This document shows, one piece after another, positions 29,476 to 38,212 of a stretch of DNA of 64,000 nt (position 1 is its first letter; each line of letters begins with the position of its first letter). A program made the translations under genes and the position numbers. The notes under the pieces are model-generated. The model was not told the origin of the DNA. It saw only the letters and a program-made list of their open reading frames with translations, and did not search any database. Source of the stretch: Bacteroidales bacterium (GTDB lineage Bacteria; Bacteroidota; Bacteroidia; Bacteroidales; VadinHA17); the NCBI GenBank assembly GCA_035531395.1, contig DATKTA010000032.1, positions 146,033 to 210,032 of the forward strand, read 5' to 3'.

Positions 29476-29530
29476 AGCCTCACCCCAAACCCCTCTCCCA
29501 GGGGAGAGGGGAATCAGAGGGGGTGAGGCT
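29476..29530. repeat. Nested-hairpin REP element (CTCACCCC...CCCCTCTCC/GGAGAGGGG type); possible terminator
   Basis: The outer stem pairs agcctcacccc (29476-29486) with ggggtgaggct (29520-29530). The inner stem pairs cccctctcc (29490-29498) with ggagagggg (29503-29511). Confidence 0.75.
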
Positions 29531-29609
29531 AAGAACATGGGGGTATCATAGGGGGCGAGACAAGATATCTGAACTAAGGAAAGAATTGACTATATCAAAA
29601 ATAGACTTT

Positions 29610-30689
29610 ATGATAACAATCGAAGCAAGTGTTTCAAAAGGTTGGCTCCACAAGAATGGAGGTTTTAACTTTGATAATCGTTATTATATGGATCCTGTTT
29701 ACCGCTGGGAACAGGATACCAGGATACATGAGTTTGTAAAGGAAAAATTCCCCGGTTATGCTATCTATAATATGGAAGCAAACCTCCTGCAGGCAAAATA
29801 TGTAAGGGATAATCACGTTCTGGTCGGGGCAATTCAACCAAATATGATCCTGGCGACCATTCTCGGTGCTGAGTTCTCTTTTTTCGAGGATAAGGATGCT
29901 GACGTTGCCGGAAAACCTCTTGAATTCATATCTGTAAAGGAGGACCTGCCCGAAATTAATTCAATTCTGGATCACCCGCTTGTAAAAGACCTTGAGAAAC
30001 AGATCCGGGAAATCACTGATACGCGGCCCGATCTTAAAGTAATACCGCCTTTTTTCTGGGATGAGTCGGGCAGGGCAACAATACATGGAATAATAACCAC
30101 CTCACTGAAACTTACAGGTGATAATATCATGATCACCATGATGGGTAATCCCGGGCTTGCGCATGCAATACATCAGTGGATTGTCGACGCATATATAGTT
30201 TTGATTAACCATTTTTCATCTCTTGCAAATCTTCCGGTCACTTCAGTGCATGTTGGAGAATGTGCAGGCACAATGGTTTCATCCGACTTGTATGATGAAT
30301 TCATTGTTCCATATATCAGTCAGCTCGGAAATAAACTCGGATTCGTTCGTCTTCATACCTGTGGCATGTCAGACCATATTATGAATTCAATAGTGAAAAT
30401 CAGGAATCTTGGTGTAATAGATACAGGTTCAGGTACTTCAATCAAGAAGATCAGAGAACTTATGGGCAGGGATTTCACAATACATGTTGCCCCACCAATG
30501 GAGTTTATGATGCAGGGCGCAAGTCAGTCGAAGATACTTGACTGGTTAAATGTAACTATTGGAGAGAATCAGGGAGGTCCTCTTCAGATAGCTTATCATA
30601 TGGAGCCTGATTATGAGGTGGAAAACTGTCTGGCGATGCATGATGAACTTGAGAGGAGTGGACTGATTTCAAACAGGCGCTTATATTGA
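29610..30689 (+). CDS. Divergent UroD/MtaA-fold-like protein (second copy in locus)
   Basis: RLHTCGMSDH (HxCG) and a preceding VGECAGTMVSSDLYDEFIVPY block parallel the 25724 protein. The track ORF starts at GTG 29523 inside the REP hairpin; I prefer ATG 29610. The fold call is tentative. Confidence 0.5.
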   Translation: MITIEASVSKGWLHKNGGFNFDNRYYMDPVYRWEQDTRIHEFVKEKFPGYAIYNMEANLLQAKYVRDNHVLVGAIQPNMILATILGAEFSFFEDKDADVAGKPLEFISVKEDLPEINSILDHPLVKDLEKQIREITDTRPDLKVIPPFFWDESGRATIHGIITTSLKLTGDNIMITMMGNPGLAHAIHQWIVDAYIVLINHFSSLANLPVTSVHVGECAGTMVSSDLYDEFIVPYISQLGNKLGFVRLHTCGMSDHIMNSIVKIRNLGVIDTGSGTSIKKIRELMGRDFTIHVAPPMEFMMQGASQSKILDWLNVTIGENQGGPLQIAYHMEPDYEVENCLAMHDELERSGLISNRRLY

Positions 30690-30797
30690 CATATCGCTGT
30701 TGACGGTAGTTAGCTCAGCAAAAGCTCTGGCAAACTTATTGAACACTGATTATGTGTTAAATTAGATTAAAATATTAAATGTTGTACTCTCTGCTTG

Positions 30798-31328
30798 TCA
30801 CAGATCACCATTTGAATTCTTCCTGGTTACTTTTATTATACTGTTTGAAATTAAAGAATTGGGAATTATTGACTTGACCGAATTTTCATTTTCAATAATT
30901 GTATCATGCCATGTGATTTCAACGACTTTCCCAATATTTCCCTGGATCTCAATCTGGTCACCTATTTTGAATGGTTTGTTAATTATTATAAATACTCCAT
31001 TAATCAGATTACTCAATACCTGTTGGGAGGCAAATCCGATTATCAGAGTTGTTGCACCTGCACCGGCAAAAAGAAAATGGGCAAAATTCTTAGTAATCGG
31101 AAGTGTCAGAAGTCCCCAGCCTATTCCTACCAGGTAGATAGTTAACAAAATAATATTTTTTAAGAAAATAAAACTTGTCACATCTGAACCTAATACTTTG
31201 TTTTTATTTATTAAGTTCCTGAAAATGTATTTGTTAACTATAGTTGCAACAATGAATGTTAAAAGTACTATTACACCAAAAATAATTAGTGATTCCGTAT
31301 CATTAAGCAAGAGGGAGAGTCTTTTCAT
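30798..31328 (-). CDS. Small MscS-family mechanosensitive channel protein
   Basis: Three TM helices followed by IINKPFKIGDQIEIQGNIGKVVEITWHDTII (the MscS beta-domain signature). At 176 aa it is short for the family. Confidence 0.7.
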   Translation of the reverse strand: MKRLSLLLNDTESLIIFGVIVLLTFIVATIVNKYIFRNLINKNKVLGSDVTSFIFLKNIILLTIYLVGIGWGLLTLPITKNFAHFLFAGAGATTLIIGFASQQVLSNLINGVFIIINKPFKIGDQIEIQGNIGKVVEITWHDTIIENENSVKSIIPNSLISNSIIKVTRKNSNGDL

Positions 31329-31879
31329 AGGGATTGTGGTTTATACTTTTTTGACAGACTTTTAATAACAACAATTACGATTCCAATTAGAATCAAAGTT
31401 CCTATTATATATTTTTCTATGTGCTCTATATGGCCAAGTTCAGATTTTATAACAGCTCCGAATAGATATCCGGTAGTACAATACACAGAGGCCCATATGG
31501 TTGTACTCAGTGCGCTATATATGAAGAAAGTTTTTGTTTTTGTTTTGCCTGCTCCAATAACTAAGGGTGTTATGGATCGGAATCCGTATAAAAACCTGTA
31601 AGTCAAGAAAATTAGTACCGGGTATTTTTCTAATTTTCTTTCAATAATCTCTGCCTTTTTTTTGATTTTAGGGTTTTTGTTTATCCATACATAGCCTCTT
31701 TTCCTTCCGAGAAAAAAGTAAAAAGAATCGGCAGTATAAGTCCCCACCACTCCAAGGATGACAACCAGCCATAAAATAAGATATCCATGATGGGCAGCAA
31801 TAACAGCAGATATAAGTACCATTTCGCCTTCAAGAAATAGGCCGAAAAAAATACCAATATAAACGAGGATAATATGCAT
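31325..31879 (-). CDS. DedA-family membrane protein
   Basis: FFGLFLEGEMVLISA and YFFLGRKRG blocks. The stop overlaps the MscS start as ATGA on the minus strand (31325-31328). Start taken at Met 31879, 8 nt after the corA stop. Confidence 0.7.
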   Translation of the reverse strand: MHIILVYIGIFFGLFLEGEMVLISAVIAAHHGYLILWLVVILGVVGTYTADSFYFFLGRKRGYVWINKNPKIKKKAEIIERKLEKYPVLIFLTYRFLYGFRSITPLVIGAGKTKTKTFFIYSALSTTIWASVYCTTGYLFGAVIKSELGHIEHIEKYIIGTLILIGIVIVVIKSLSKKYKPQSL

Positions 31880-31887
31880 ACGGGGTT

Positions 31888-32952
31888 TTAAAACCATTTT
31901 TTCTTTCGGAAATAACGCAGCATTCCTAACGCCAAAATTACTATAACACCCCACATAATAAAGTAACTGTATTTATAATGAAGTTCGGGTACTACATCAA
32001 AGTTAGTTCCATAAATTCCTGCAATGAAAGTAAGAGGGATGAAGATGACCGAGAAAACTGTGAGGAACTTCATAATATCGTTAAGCTTGGTACTCATAGT
32101 AGTATGATAGATGTTTAACTGGTCAGATAAAATTTCACGGTAATTATCAGTCGATTCTGTTGCGTGAGTTATATTATCCAGGAGTTCTTTGAAATGCACA
32201 TATGTACTTTCGTAAATAAACTCTGATTCCATTTTTGATAATGCCAGTATCATCTCTTTGGCAGGGTTAATATTTTTCCTCAGATAATTCAGTTCTTGTT
32301 TATATGAATTAATCTGGTCGATGATGCTTTGGTCAGGGTCAGGATGCAGCTTTTCTTCCAGATCCTCAATTTTATTTCCAAATTCACTTATGATATAGAT
32401 ATAATTATCAACAACAATATCGAGTAATGTGAAGGCTAAATAATCAGTTTCGGAATTTCTGATTCTTTTTTTCTGTGCTCTGATCCGTTCTCTGATTGGT
32501 TCAAAAACATCTCCTCTCTTTTCCTGGAAGGTGATTAATACTTTCTCAGTTAAAATTAAGCTCAGGTTTTCAACTAATATTGAACCTGTAGGTTCTTCCT
32601 GCTGAAGCATTTTTATGGAAATTAAAATGCAATTAGGGAACTCCTGGACTTTAGGCCTGGAATGTGTGTCCATTACGCCAGCGAGGATAAGGTTATCAAA
32701 CTTGAATCCCCTCGTTATCTCTTCCATAATTGCCTTGTTATGCAGCCCGTCAATATTAAACCATGTTACGGATTCTGTACGTTGATATTTCAGGACCTCC
32801 TCAACTGTATCGACTGCACTTTCTTCGAGATTGTCTGCGTCAAAGTCAATCACGCGTAACAGTACCTTATCAATCTTTTTCTGGCCTCTGAAATATAATT
32901 CATCAGGCGATAAACCAATTTCTTTTTTTTGTTTAAATATAAATCTTCCCAT
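31888..32952 (-). CDS. corA: CorA-family divalent-cation transporter (variant GTN pore motif)
   Basis: Typical CorA length and architecture with two C-terminal TM helices. The signature FIAGIYGTNF replaces YGMNF (G-T-N at 32002-32010). Confidence 0.85.
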   Translation of the reverse strand: MGRFIFKQKKEIGLSPDELYFRGQKKIDKVLLRVIDFDADNLEESAVDTVEEVLKYQRTESVTWFNIDGLHNKAIMEEITRGFKFDNLILAGVMDTHSRPKVQEFPNCILISIKMLQQEEPTGSILVENLSLILTEKVLITFQEKRGDVFEPIRERIRAQKKRIRNSETDYLAFTLLDIVVDNYIYIISEFGNKIEDLEEKLHPDPDQSIIDQINSYKQELNYLRKNINPAKEMILALSKMESEFIYESTYVHFKELLDNITHATESTDNYREILSDQLNIYHTTMSTKLNDIMKFLTVFSVIFIPLTFIAGIYGTNFDVVPELHYKYSYFIMWGVIVILALGMLRYFRKKKWF

Positions 32953-33240
32953 GCTTTCTATTTTCTATAAACTTCATATTAAATCCAAGAATAATTATGT
33001 TGTCTCTATTTTTTAATGAACCTGGCAGCCTGTTATTATTTCAGGTTATCATTATCACTGTTACTTATGTTAAGTTATAATTGGTAATTCCAATCCACTG
33101 AGCTCATATATTTGGAGATCGAATGCAATGAGCAATTATTGTCACTTCAACATTGAATCCCCAGTTCTGAAATCCGTCGGATTCGTATGCAAGTAAAGTT
33201 AACCATATAAATAAATATATTATTTTTAGAATTTAATATT

Positions 33241-34053
33241 ATGGCAATGAAACACCATTTCATGATTATCCTGGTTGGCGCTGTTATCACAATGATTTCT
33301 TGCGACCGACCTGTGAAGGTTCTCTATCAGGAGCTCACCCCTGATGAATTCTTAACAAGACAGATAGAATGCCCTGTAGCATATCTTCCACTTGGAACAC
33401 TCGAATGGCATGGCGAACACCTTCCTCTTGGTTCAGATGGTCTTCAGTCAGCGGGATTCTTTAAGATCCTTGCGGAAGAAGCCGGAGGTATTGTTATGCC
33501 TATGCTTTTCATTGGTCCCGACGGTTATGATACAATAATCAATGGTAAGGAGTACTATGGCATGGACTGTGCCAGTCTGTTCAGCGAACAGGGGAATTAT
33601 GAAATACAGCAACTTACAGGAAGTGCATACTGGGTTCCTGATTCCACTTTCGATATAATGGTTAATGGCATTATGAAACAACTGAGCCGGGCAGGATTCA
33701 AAGTGGTTATTGCTCATGGACATGGCCCCTCTACAAACTATATCGGAGCCAACGCTGAGCTCTTTAAGGAAAGATACGGACTTATTGTTATGAATTGCTG
33801 GGGTAATGATGAGGAAGACCTATGCCTGATGTGCGATCATGCCGGTGCCAACGAAACATCCATAATGATGTATTTACACCCTGAACTGGTACATATGGAA
33901 AAGCTGCCGGCTGATACTGCAGTCTTGCCAAAAGGAATGCTTGGAAAAGACCCGCGGATTTTCGCCAGCAAGGAACACGGGAAAGCCATTATTGATTTTG
34001 AAGTCAATAAAATGAAGGCTTTAATCTCCAGGACTATATCGAACAAGGATTAA
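33241..34053 (+). CDS. Creatininase-family amidohydrolase with lipoprotein-type signal
   Basis: YLPLGTLEWHGEHLPLGSDG and VIAHGHGPS blocks. N-terminus MAMKHHFMIILVGAVITMISCD. Confidence 0.8.
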   Translation: MAMKHHFMIILVGAVITMISCDRPVKVLYQELTPDEFLTRQIECPVAYLPLGTLEWHGEHLPLGSDGLQSAGFFKILAEEAGGIVMPMLFIGPDGYDTIINGKEYYGMDCASLFSEQGNYEIQQLTGSAYWVPDSTFDIMVNGIMKQLSRAGFKVVIAHGHGPSTNYIGANAELFKERYGLIVMNCWGNDEEDLCLMCDHAGANETSIMMYLHPELVHMEKLPADTAVLPKGMLGKDPRIFASKEHGKAIIDFEVNKMKALISRTISNKD

Positions 34054-34098
34054 TTAAGCTTATATTTACATAAGATCCACATCGTATCAGACCGAATA

Positions 34099-35121
34099 TT
34101 GTATCGAGTTATGAAAAGATCTCTGGCCTGTTTCCTGTTTATAATAATCTCGCTGAATGCCTATAACCAGGTTATTGGCGGAACCGTGCTCAATAATAAA
34201 GATAAAAAACCTATCGAAGGTGCATCTGTTTTTTTCAATGGAACATTCATTGGTGCCTACACTGACCAGGAGGGACATTTTAAATTAGATGTCTCAAAGA
34301 ATAAAAATATGCCTCTCACAGTAAGTGCTATGGGATTTTATTCAGTTTCACTTACTCAGTTTTCATCCGGAAAGCCAATATTTGTTTACATGGTGCCACG
34401 AGTTTTTGAATTGAGCGAAGTGGTGATCAGTGATAAAGATCTTTCCAAAATCAGAAAAAGAAATTTAAGAATCTTCAAAGATGAATTCCTGGGAACAACT
34501 TTTAATGCTGTACAATCTAAAATTATCAATGAGGAGGATATCAAATTTGTTTATAATCTGAAAAGCGATACCGTCATGGCATATTCTTCAAATCCAATTA
34601 TAGTGGAAAATAATGCCCTTGGTTATAAAATCACCTATTTTCTTGATGAATTTGAGTATGATAAAAGGAGAAGGTTAACATTCTTTGCAGGGAACATCCT
34701 TTTTAATGAAGATTTAACTCTGTCTGACGAACAAAAACGAAATTTTGAGAAGAAGAGAGAGCTTGCTTACAATGGATCAAGAATGCATTTTTTCAGGGCT
34801 TTATGGGCTGATGATCTTGATTCATCGGGGTTTATGGTTCGAAATAATTCAGGAAAATTACTCAGTTACAGTGATCTGGTAACTGAGGAGGACTCGTCAC
34901 TGAAATATTTTCATTATGACAGCGATCTTATTATCTATTATAAATCGGCAGAATCTTCAGGAGAGATCAGTTTTATCGAGGATGAGGTTTACTTTGACCA
35001 GAATGGGTATTTCAATCCAAGGGGAATTCAGTGGAGTGGTCTGATATCAGATTTCAGGATTGCAGACTGGTTGCCTTATGAATACGCTTTAGATAAAAAA
35101 ACAAGAGGCTCTGTTCATTAA
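34099..35121 (+). CDS. CarboxypepD_reg-like domain protein, secreted, function unknown
   Basis: Signal peptide, then VIGGTVLNNKDKKPIEGASVFFNGTFIGAYTDQEGHFKLDV. At 340 aa it is too short to be a TonB-dependent receptor. Confidence 0.6.
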   Translation: MYRVMKRSLACFLFIIISLNAYNQVIGGTVLNNKDKKPIEGASVFFNGTFIGAYTDQEGHFKLDVSKNKNMPLTVSAMGFYSVSLTQFSSGKPIFVYMVPRVFELSEVVISDKDLSKIRKRNLRIFKDEFLGTTFNAVQSKIINEEDIKFVYNLKSDTVMAYSSNPIIVENNALGYKITYFLDEFEYDKRRRLTFFAGNILFNEDLTLSDEQKRNFEKKRELAYNGSRMHFFRALWADDLDSSGFMVRNNSGKLLSYSDLVTEEDSSLKYFHYDSDLIIYYKSAESSGEISFIEDEVYFDQNGYFNPRGIQWSGLISDFRIADWLPYEYALDKKTRGSVH

Positions 35122-35185
35122 ATATATATTGCCGGAGATTGTTCAGCCAGGCAATCTTGTATGAGGATGGTAATTAATTACTGAG

Positions 35186-38100
35186 ATGAATAAACGTTCA
35201 TTATTCCCGATTTGCATTTCCCTTGCTTTGTCTGGTCCTGTTATTGCTCAGAAGTCAATAATAAGGGAGGTTCAGCGACCAATAGAAACTTACCCTTACT
35301 CTGATCCTGATCCTATACCAAAAACAGGAAGAGTTTATCCCTATTTCAGGTATGATGGTTTTACAACCAGATCAGTCACTCAGAACTGGAATATGGTTGA
35401 GCTTGAAAATGAATATATCAGGCTGGCAGTCATGCCGGATATGGGAGGTAAGGTTTGGGAGGCATATGAAAAATCGGAGAACTACCCCTTTGTTTTTACA
35501 ACAAAAGCAGTGAAATTCAGGGATATAGCTCTTCGGGGCCCATGGACCACAGGTGGACTGGAATTTAACTTTGGTGATATTGGTCATGGTACAACAGTAT
35601 CAACACCGGTCGATTATTTCACCAGGACAAATGATGATGGAAGTGTGAGTTGTTTTATCGGGGCCACCGATTGGTCTTCACGTACCACATGGAGGGTGGA
35701 GGTTAACCTTCAGCCCGATAAAGCATATTTTTCTACCCGTGCATGGTGGTATAACAACACCCCGGTCGAACAAGAGTACTATCATTGGGTCAATGTTGGC
35801 TTCAAGGCTGAAGGCGATCTGCAATTTATATTCCCGGGTACACACCATATCGGACATGGAGGAAAAGCAAATCCTTGGCCGGTTGATTCTGAAGGAAGAG
35901 ATATATCCTTCTACCGTAACAATAATTTCGGAAGTTATAAATCATATCATATAATAGGCAAACCCTCAAATTTCTATGGTGGGTACTGGCATTCAGACAA
36001 CATGGGATTTGGAAGATATACTCCCTATTATGAAAAACTGGGTAAAAAAATCTGGATACTGGGCCTGTCGCAGGAGGGAGAAAGATGGGAAAATCTGCTG
36101 GGTGACAATGACGGGCTCAATGTAGAACTTCAGTCAGGAAGACTGTTCAGCCAGGCATCACAGGGAAGCGAACTCACTCCATTCAAGCATGTCGGATTTG
36201 CTCCTTACTCTGCTGATACATGGACAGACAAATGGTTCCCGGTGAAGCATACAAGGGGTATGACTCATGCGTCGCCAAAAGGTGCCATGAATCTTAGAAC
36301 TGAAGGGGAATGGCTTAAGATAGACTGGATGGCCCTTGAAAACCTTAATGATACTCTCTTAATTACCGGCAATGGCAAAGATGTTATAAGTAAAAAGCTG
36401 GTGATGAGGCCTATGCAGATTTTCCGTGATAGCATAATATGGCATGGAGATACGCAAAAACTTGTTGTGAAGATAGGGAGTGATGTGCTGAATGAGGAAG
36501 TCGGTGAAGCCCTGAACCGTCCTGTGGAATTAACTGGCAGCTTCGACTGGGAGTCAGAATATGGGCTTATGTTAAAGGGCATTGATCTCGGCCAACAGAA
36601 GAACTACAGGGAATCTGAAACATATCTTTTAAAGGCTGTAACAAAAAACCCGAATCTTATTCCTGCTCTTACCCGCTTGTCACAGATCCGTTATCAGCAG
36701 GGGTTGTATGATGAAGCAAGAGAATTTGCAGGCAAAGCGCTTGCAGTAAATACTTATGATCCGGAAGCCAATTACTTCTGGGGTCTTTCAAGTGAAAAGA
36801 CCGGAAAGATTTATGATGCCCTGGACGGTTTTTCAGTTGCTGCCCTGTCTCCTTCATTTAAACGGGCTGCAAACCTGAGGCTTGCCTGGATGGCTATAGA
36901 AAGAAAAGACTGGTCCGAAGCCGGGAGGCTGGCCGATAAGTGCCTCGAAAATTATCCTCCTGATGAATTTGGCTATAATCTTAAAGCGCTTATCAGTCGC
37001 AAACAGGGAGATATAGCCTCGGCGCTTGAAATAACAGCCAATCAGCTTGAAAGAGACCCTCTCAATCATATATCACGATTTGAAAAATATATGTGCACCG
37101 GTCTTGAGAAGGACAAAAAGGAGTTTGCAGGATATATCCATCAGGAGTTGCCTCACGAAACTTTTATTGAGATGGCACTTCAGTACCATGAATGGAACCT
37201 TGATGAGGAAGCTTCAAAGCTCCTTGAGATGGCACCAGTCAATCCGATTGTGCAGTTGATACAGTCTTACCTTTTTGACTTGAGTGGGATGAGTGAGTTA
37301 TCCCTGCAGAAACTGGATTTGGCATCAAAGGCCTCTCCTGAACTTGTTTTCCCTTTCAGACCCGAAATGGCAGGAATGTTTACGTGGGCCGGCCAAAGGA
37401 ATCCTGACTGGAAATGGAGATATTATGAGGCTCTTATCTACTGGCAATGTAACAGGAATGATGAGGCCATGAAGCTTTTCACCGCTTGTGGTGAAGAACC
37501 TGATTTTGTTCCTTTCTACCTGGCAAAGGCTGAGTTATTCAGAGAGCAGAAGGATGTTGCCGTTAAATCTCTTGAGAAAGCATACCGGCTCGATCCGCAA
37601 TTTTGGCGGACAGCTATGCGGCTGTCGAGGTTTTATTCATTGAATGATCAGCATGAAAAAGCTCTTGAAGTGGCTGAAAAGAATTACAGGTCGCATCCCG
37701 GCAGCTTCATTACAGGATTGCAGTATGCACAGATGCTTAAGCTGAACAGGAAGTACACTGAGGCATTAACTATCCTTTCAGGGCTTGAAATGCTGCCGGC
37801 AGAGGGTGATGTAAATGCTCATACTCTATTCAGGGAGACAAACATTCTGCTTGCGATCGACCAGATGAAAGAAGGGAAATATTCAAAAGCGATTTACTCA
37901 CTCAATAAGGCTGAAACCTGGCCTGAGAACCTTTTTTCAGGCGAACCATATTTTGCTGACAACAGGGTAACACGTTTCATGTCAGCTTATTGCTACAGCA
38001 GGATGAAGAAGACAAAAGAGGCAGGAAAGGTTCTCGACTATATTAAAGCATACAGTAATCCTGATGGAAGGTCTTACCCTTCCGGTGACCTGATAACAGA

Positions 38101-38212
38101 TCTTCTGAAATCAGGATCATCTGATTACAGCTCTGTAACCGAGTCAGTATTAAATGACATTAAAAGAGATCGCGATGGGGAGGTGCTGGAGGCGTTCAGA
38201 TCAATACTATGA
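35186..38212 (+). CDS. DUF5107-like (mutarotase-like N-domain) plus TPR-repeat protein, secreted
   Basis: 1008 aa with a signal peptide. N-terminal YPYSDPDPIP...YPYFRYDGF...LENEYIRLAVMPDMGGKVWE. The C-terminal half has TPR-like helical repeats. Confidence 0.6.
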   Translation: MNKRSLFPICISLALSGPVIAQKSIIREVQRPIETYPYSDPDPIPKTGRVYPYFRYDGFTTRSVTQNWNMVELENEYIRLAVMPDMGGKVWEAYEKSENYPFVFTTKAVKFRDIALRGPWTTGGLEFNFGDIGHGTTVSTPVDYFTRTNDDGSVSCFIGATDWSSRTTWRVEVNLQPDKAYFSTRAWWYNNTPVEQEYYHWVNVGFKAEGDLQFIFPGTHHIGHGGKANPWPVDSEGRDISFYRNNNFGSYKSYHIIGKPSNFYGGYWHSDNMGFGRYTPYYEKLGKKIWILGLSQEGERWENLLGDNDGLNVELQSGRLFSQASQGSELTPFKHVGFAPYSADTWTDKWFPVKHTRGMTHASPKGAMNLRTEGEWLKIDWMALENLNDTLLITGNGKDVISKKLVMRPMQIFRDSIIWHGDTQKLVVKIGSDVLNEEVGEALNRPVELTGSFDWESEYGLMLKGIDLGQQKNYRESETYLLKAVTKNPNLIPALTRLSQIRYQQGLYDEAREFAGKALAVNTYDPEANYFWGLSSEKTGKIYDALDGFSVAALSPSFKRAANLRLAWMAIERKDWSEAGRLADKCLENYPPDEFGYNLKALISRKQGDIASALEITANQLERDPLNHISRFEKYMCTGLEKDKKEFAGYIHQELPHETFIEMALQYHEWNLDEEASKLLEMAPVNPIVQLIQSYLFDLSGMSELSLQKLDLASKASPELVFPFRPEMAGMFTWAGQRNPDWKWRYYEALIYWQCNRNDEAMKLFTACGEEPDFVPFYLAKAELFREQKDVAVKSLEKAYRLDPQFWRTAMRLSRFYSLNDQHEKALEVAEKNYRSHPGSFITGLQYAQMLKLNRKYTEALTILSGLEMLPAEGDVNAHTLFRETNILLAIDQMKEGKYSKAIYSLNKAETWPENLFSGEPYFADNRVTRFMSAYCYSRMKKTKEAGKVLDYIKAYSNPDGRSYPSGDLITDLLKSGSSDYSSVTESVLNDIKRDRDGEVLEAFRSIL

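Noticed and set aside
29523-29609. GTG start at 29523 for the second UroD-like gene
   Set aside because: The start lies inside the REP hairpin (29476-29530), and the extension (MRLRTWGYHRGRDK...) looks non-genic. ATG 29610 is preferred.
33088-33200. tRNA-like fragments: aatccactgagct (reverse complement of a D-arm AGCTCAGTGGATT), gatcgaatgc and ggattcg T-loop-like strings
   Set aside because: I could not assemble a cloverleaf on either strand. The D-stem partner, anticodon arm and acceptor stem are missing, and the pieces lie on opposite strands. At most they are degenerate remnants, and the matches could be chance.
32953-33240. Possible Mg (M-box-type) or other riboswitch in the corA 5' leader
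   Set aside because: The 288-nt divergent spacer is long, but I cannot recognise any conserved riboswitch core by eye. This needs an Infernal/Rfam scan.
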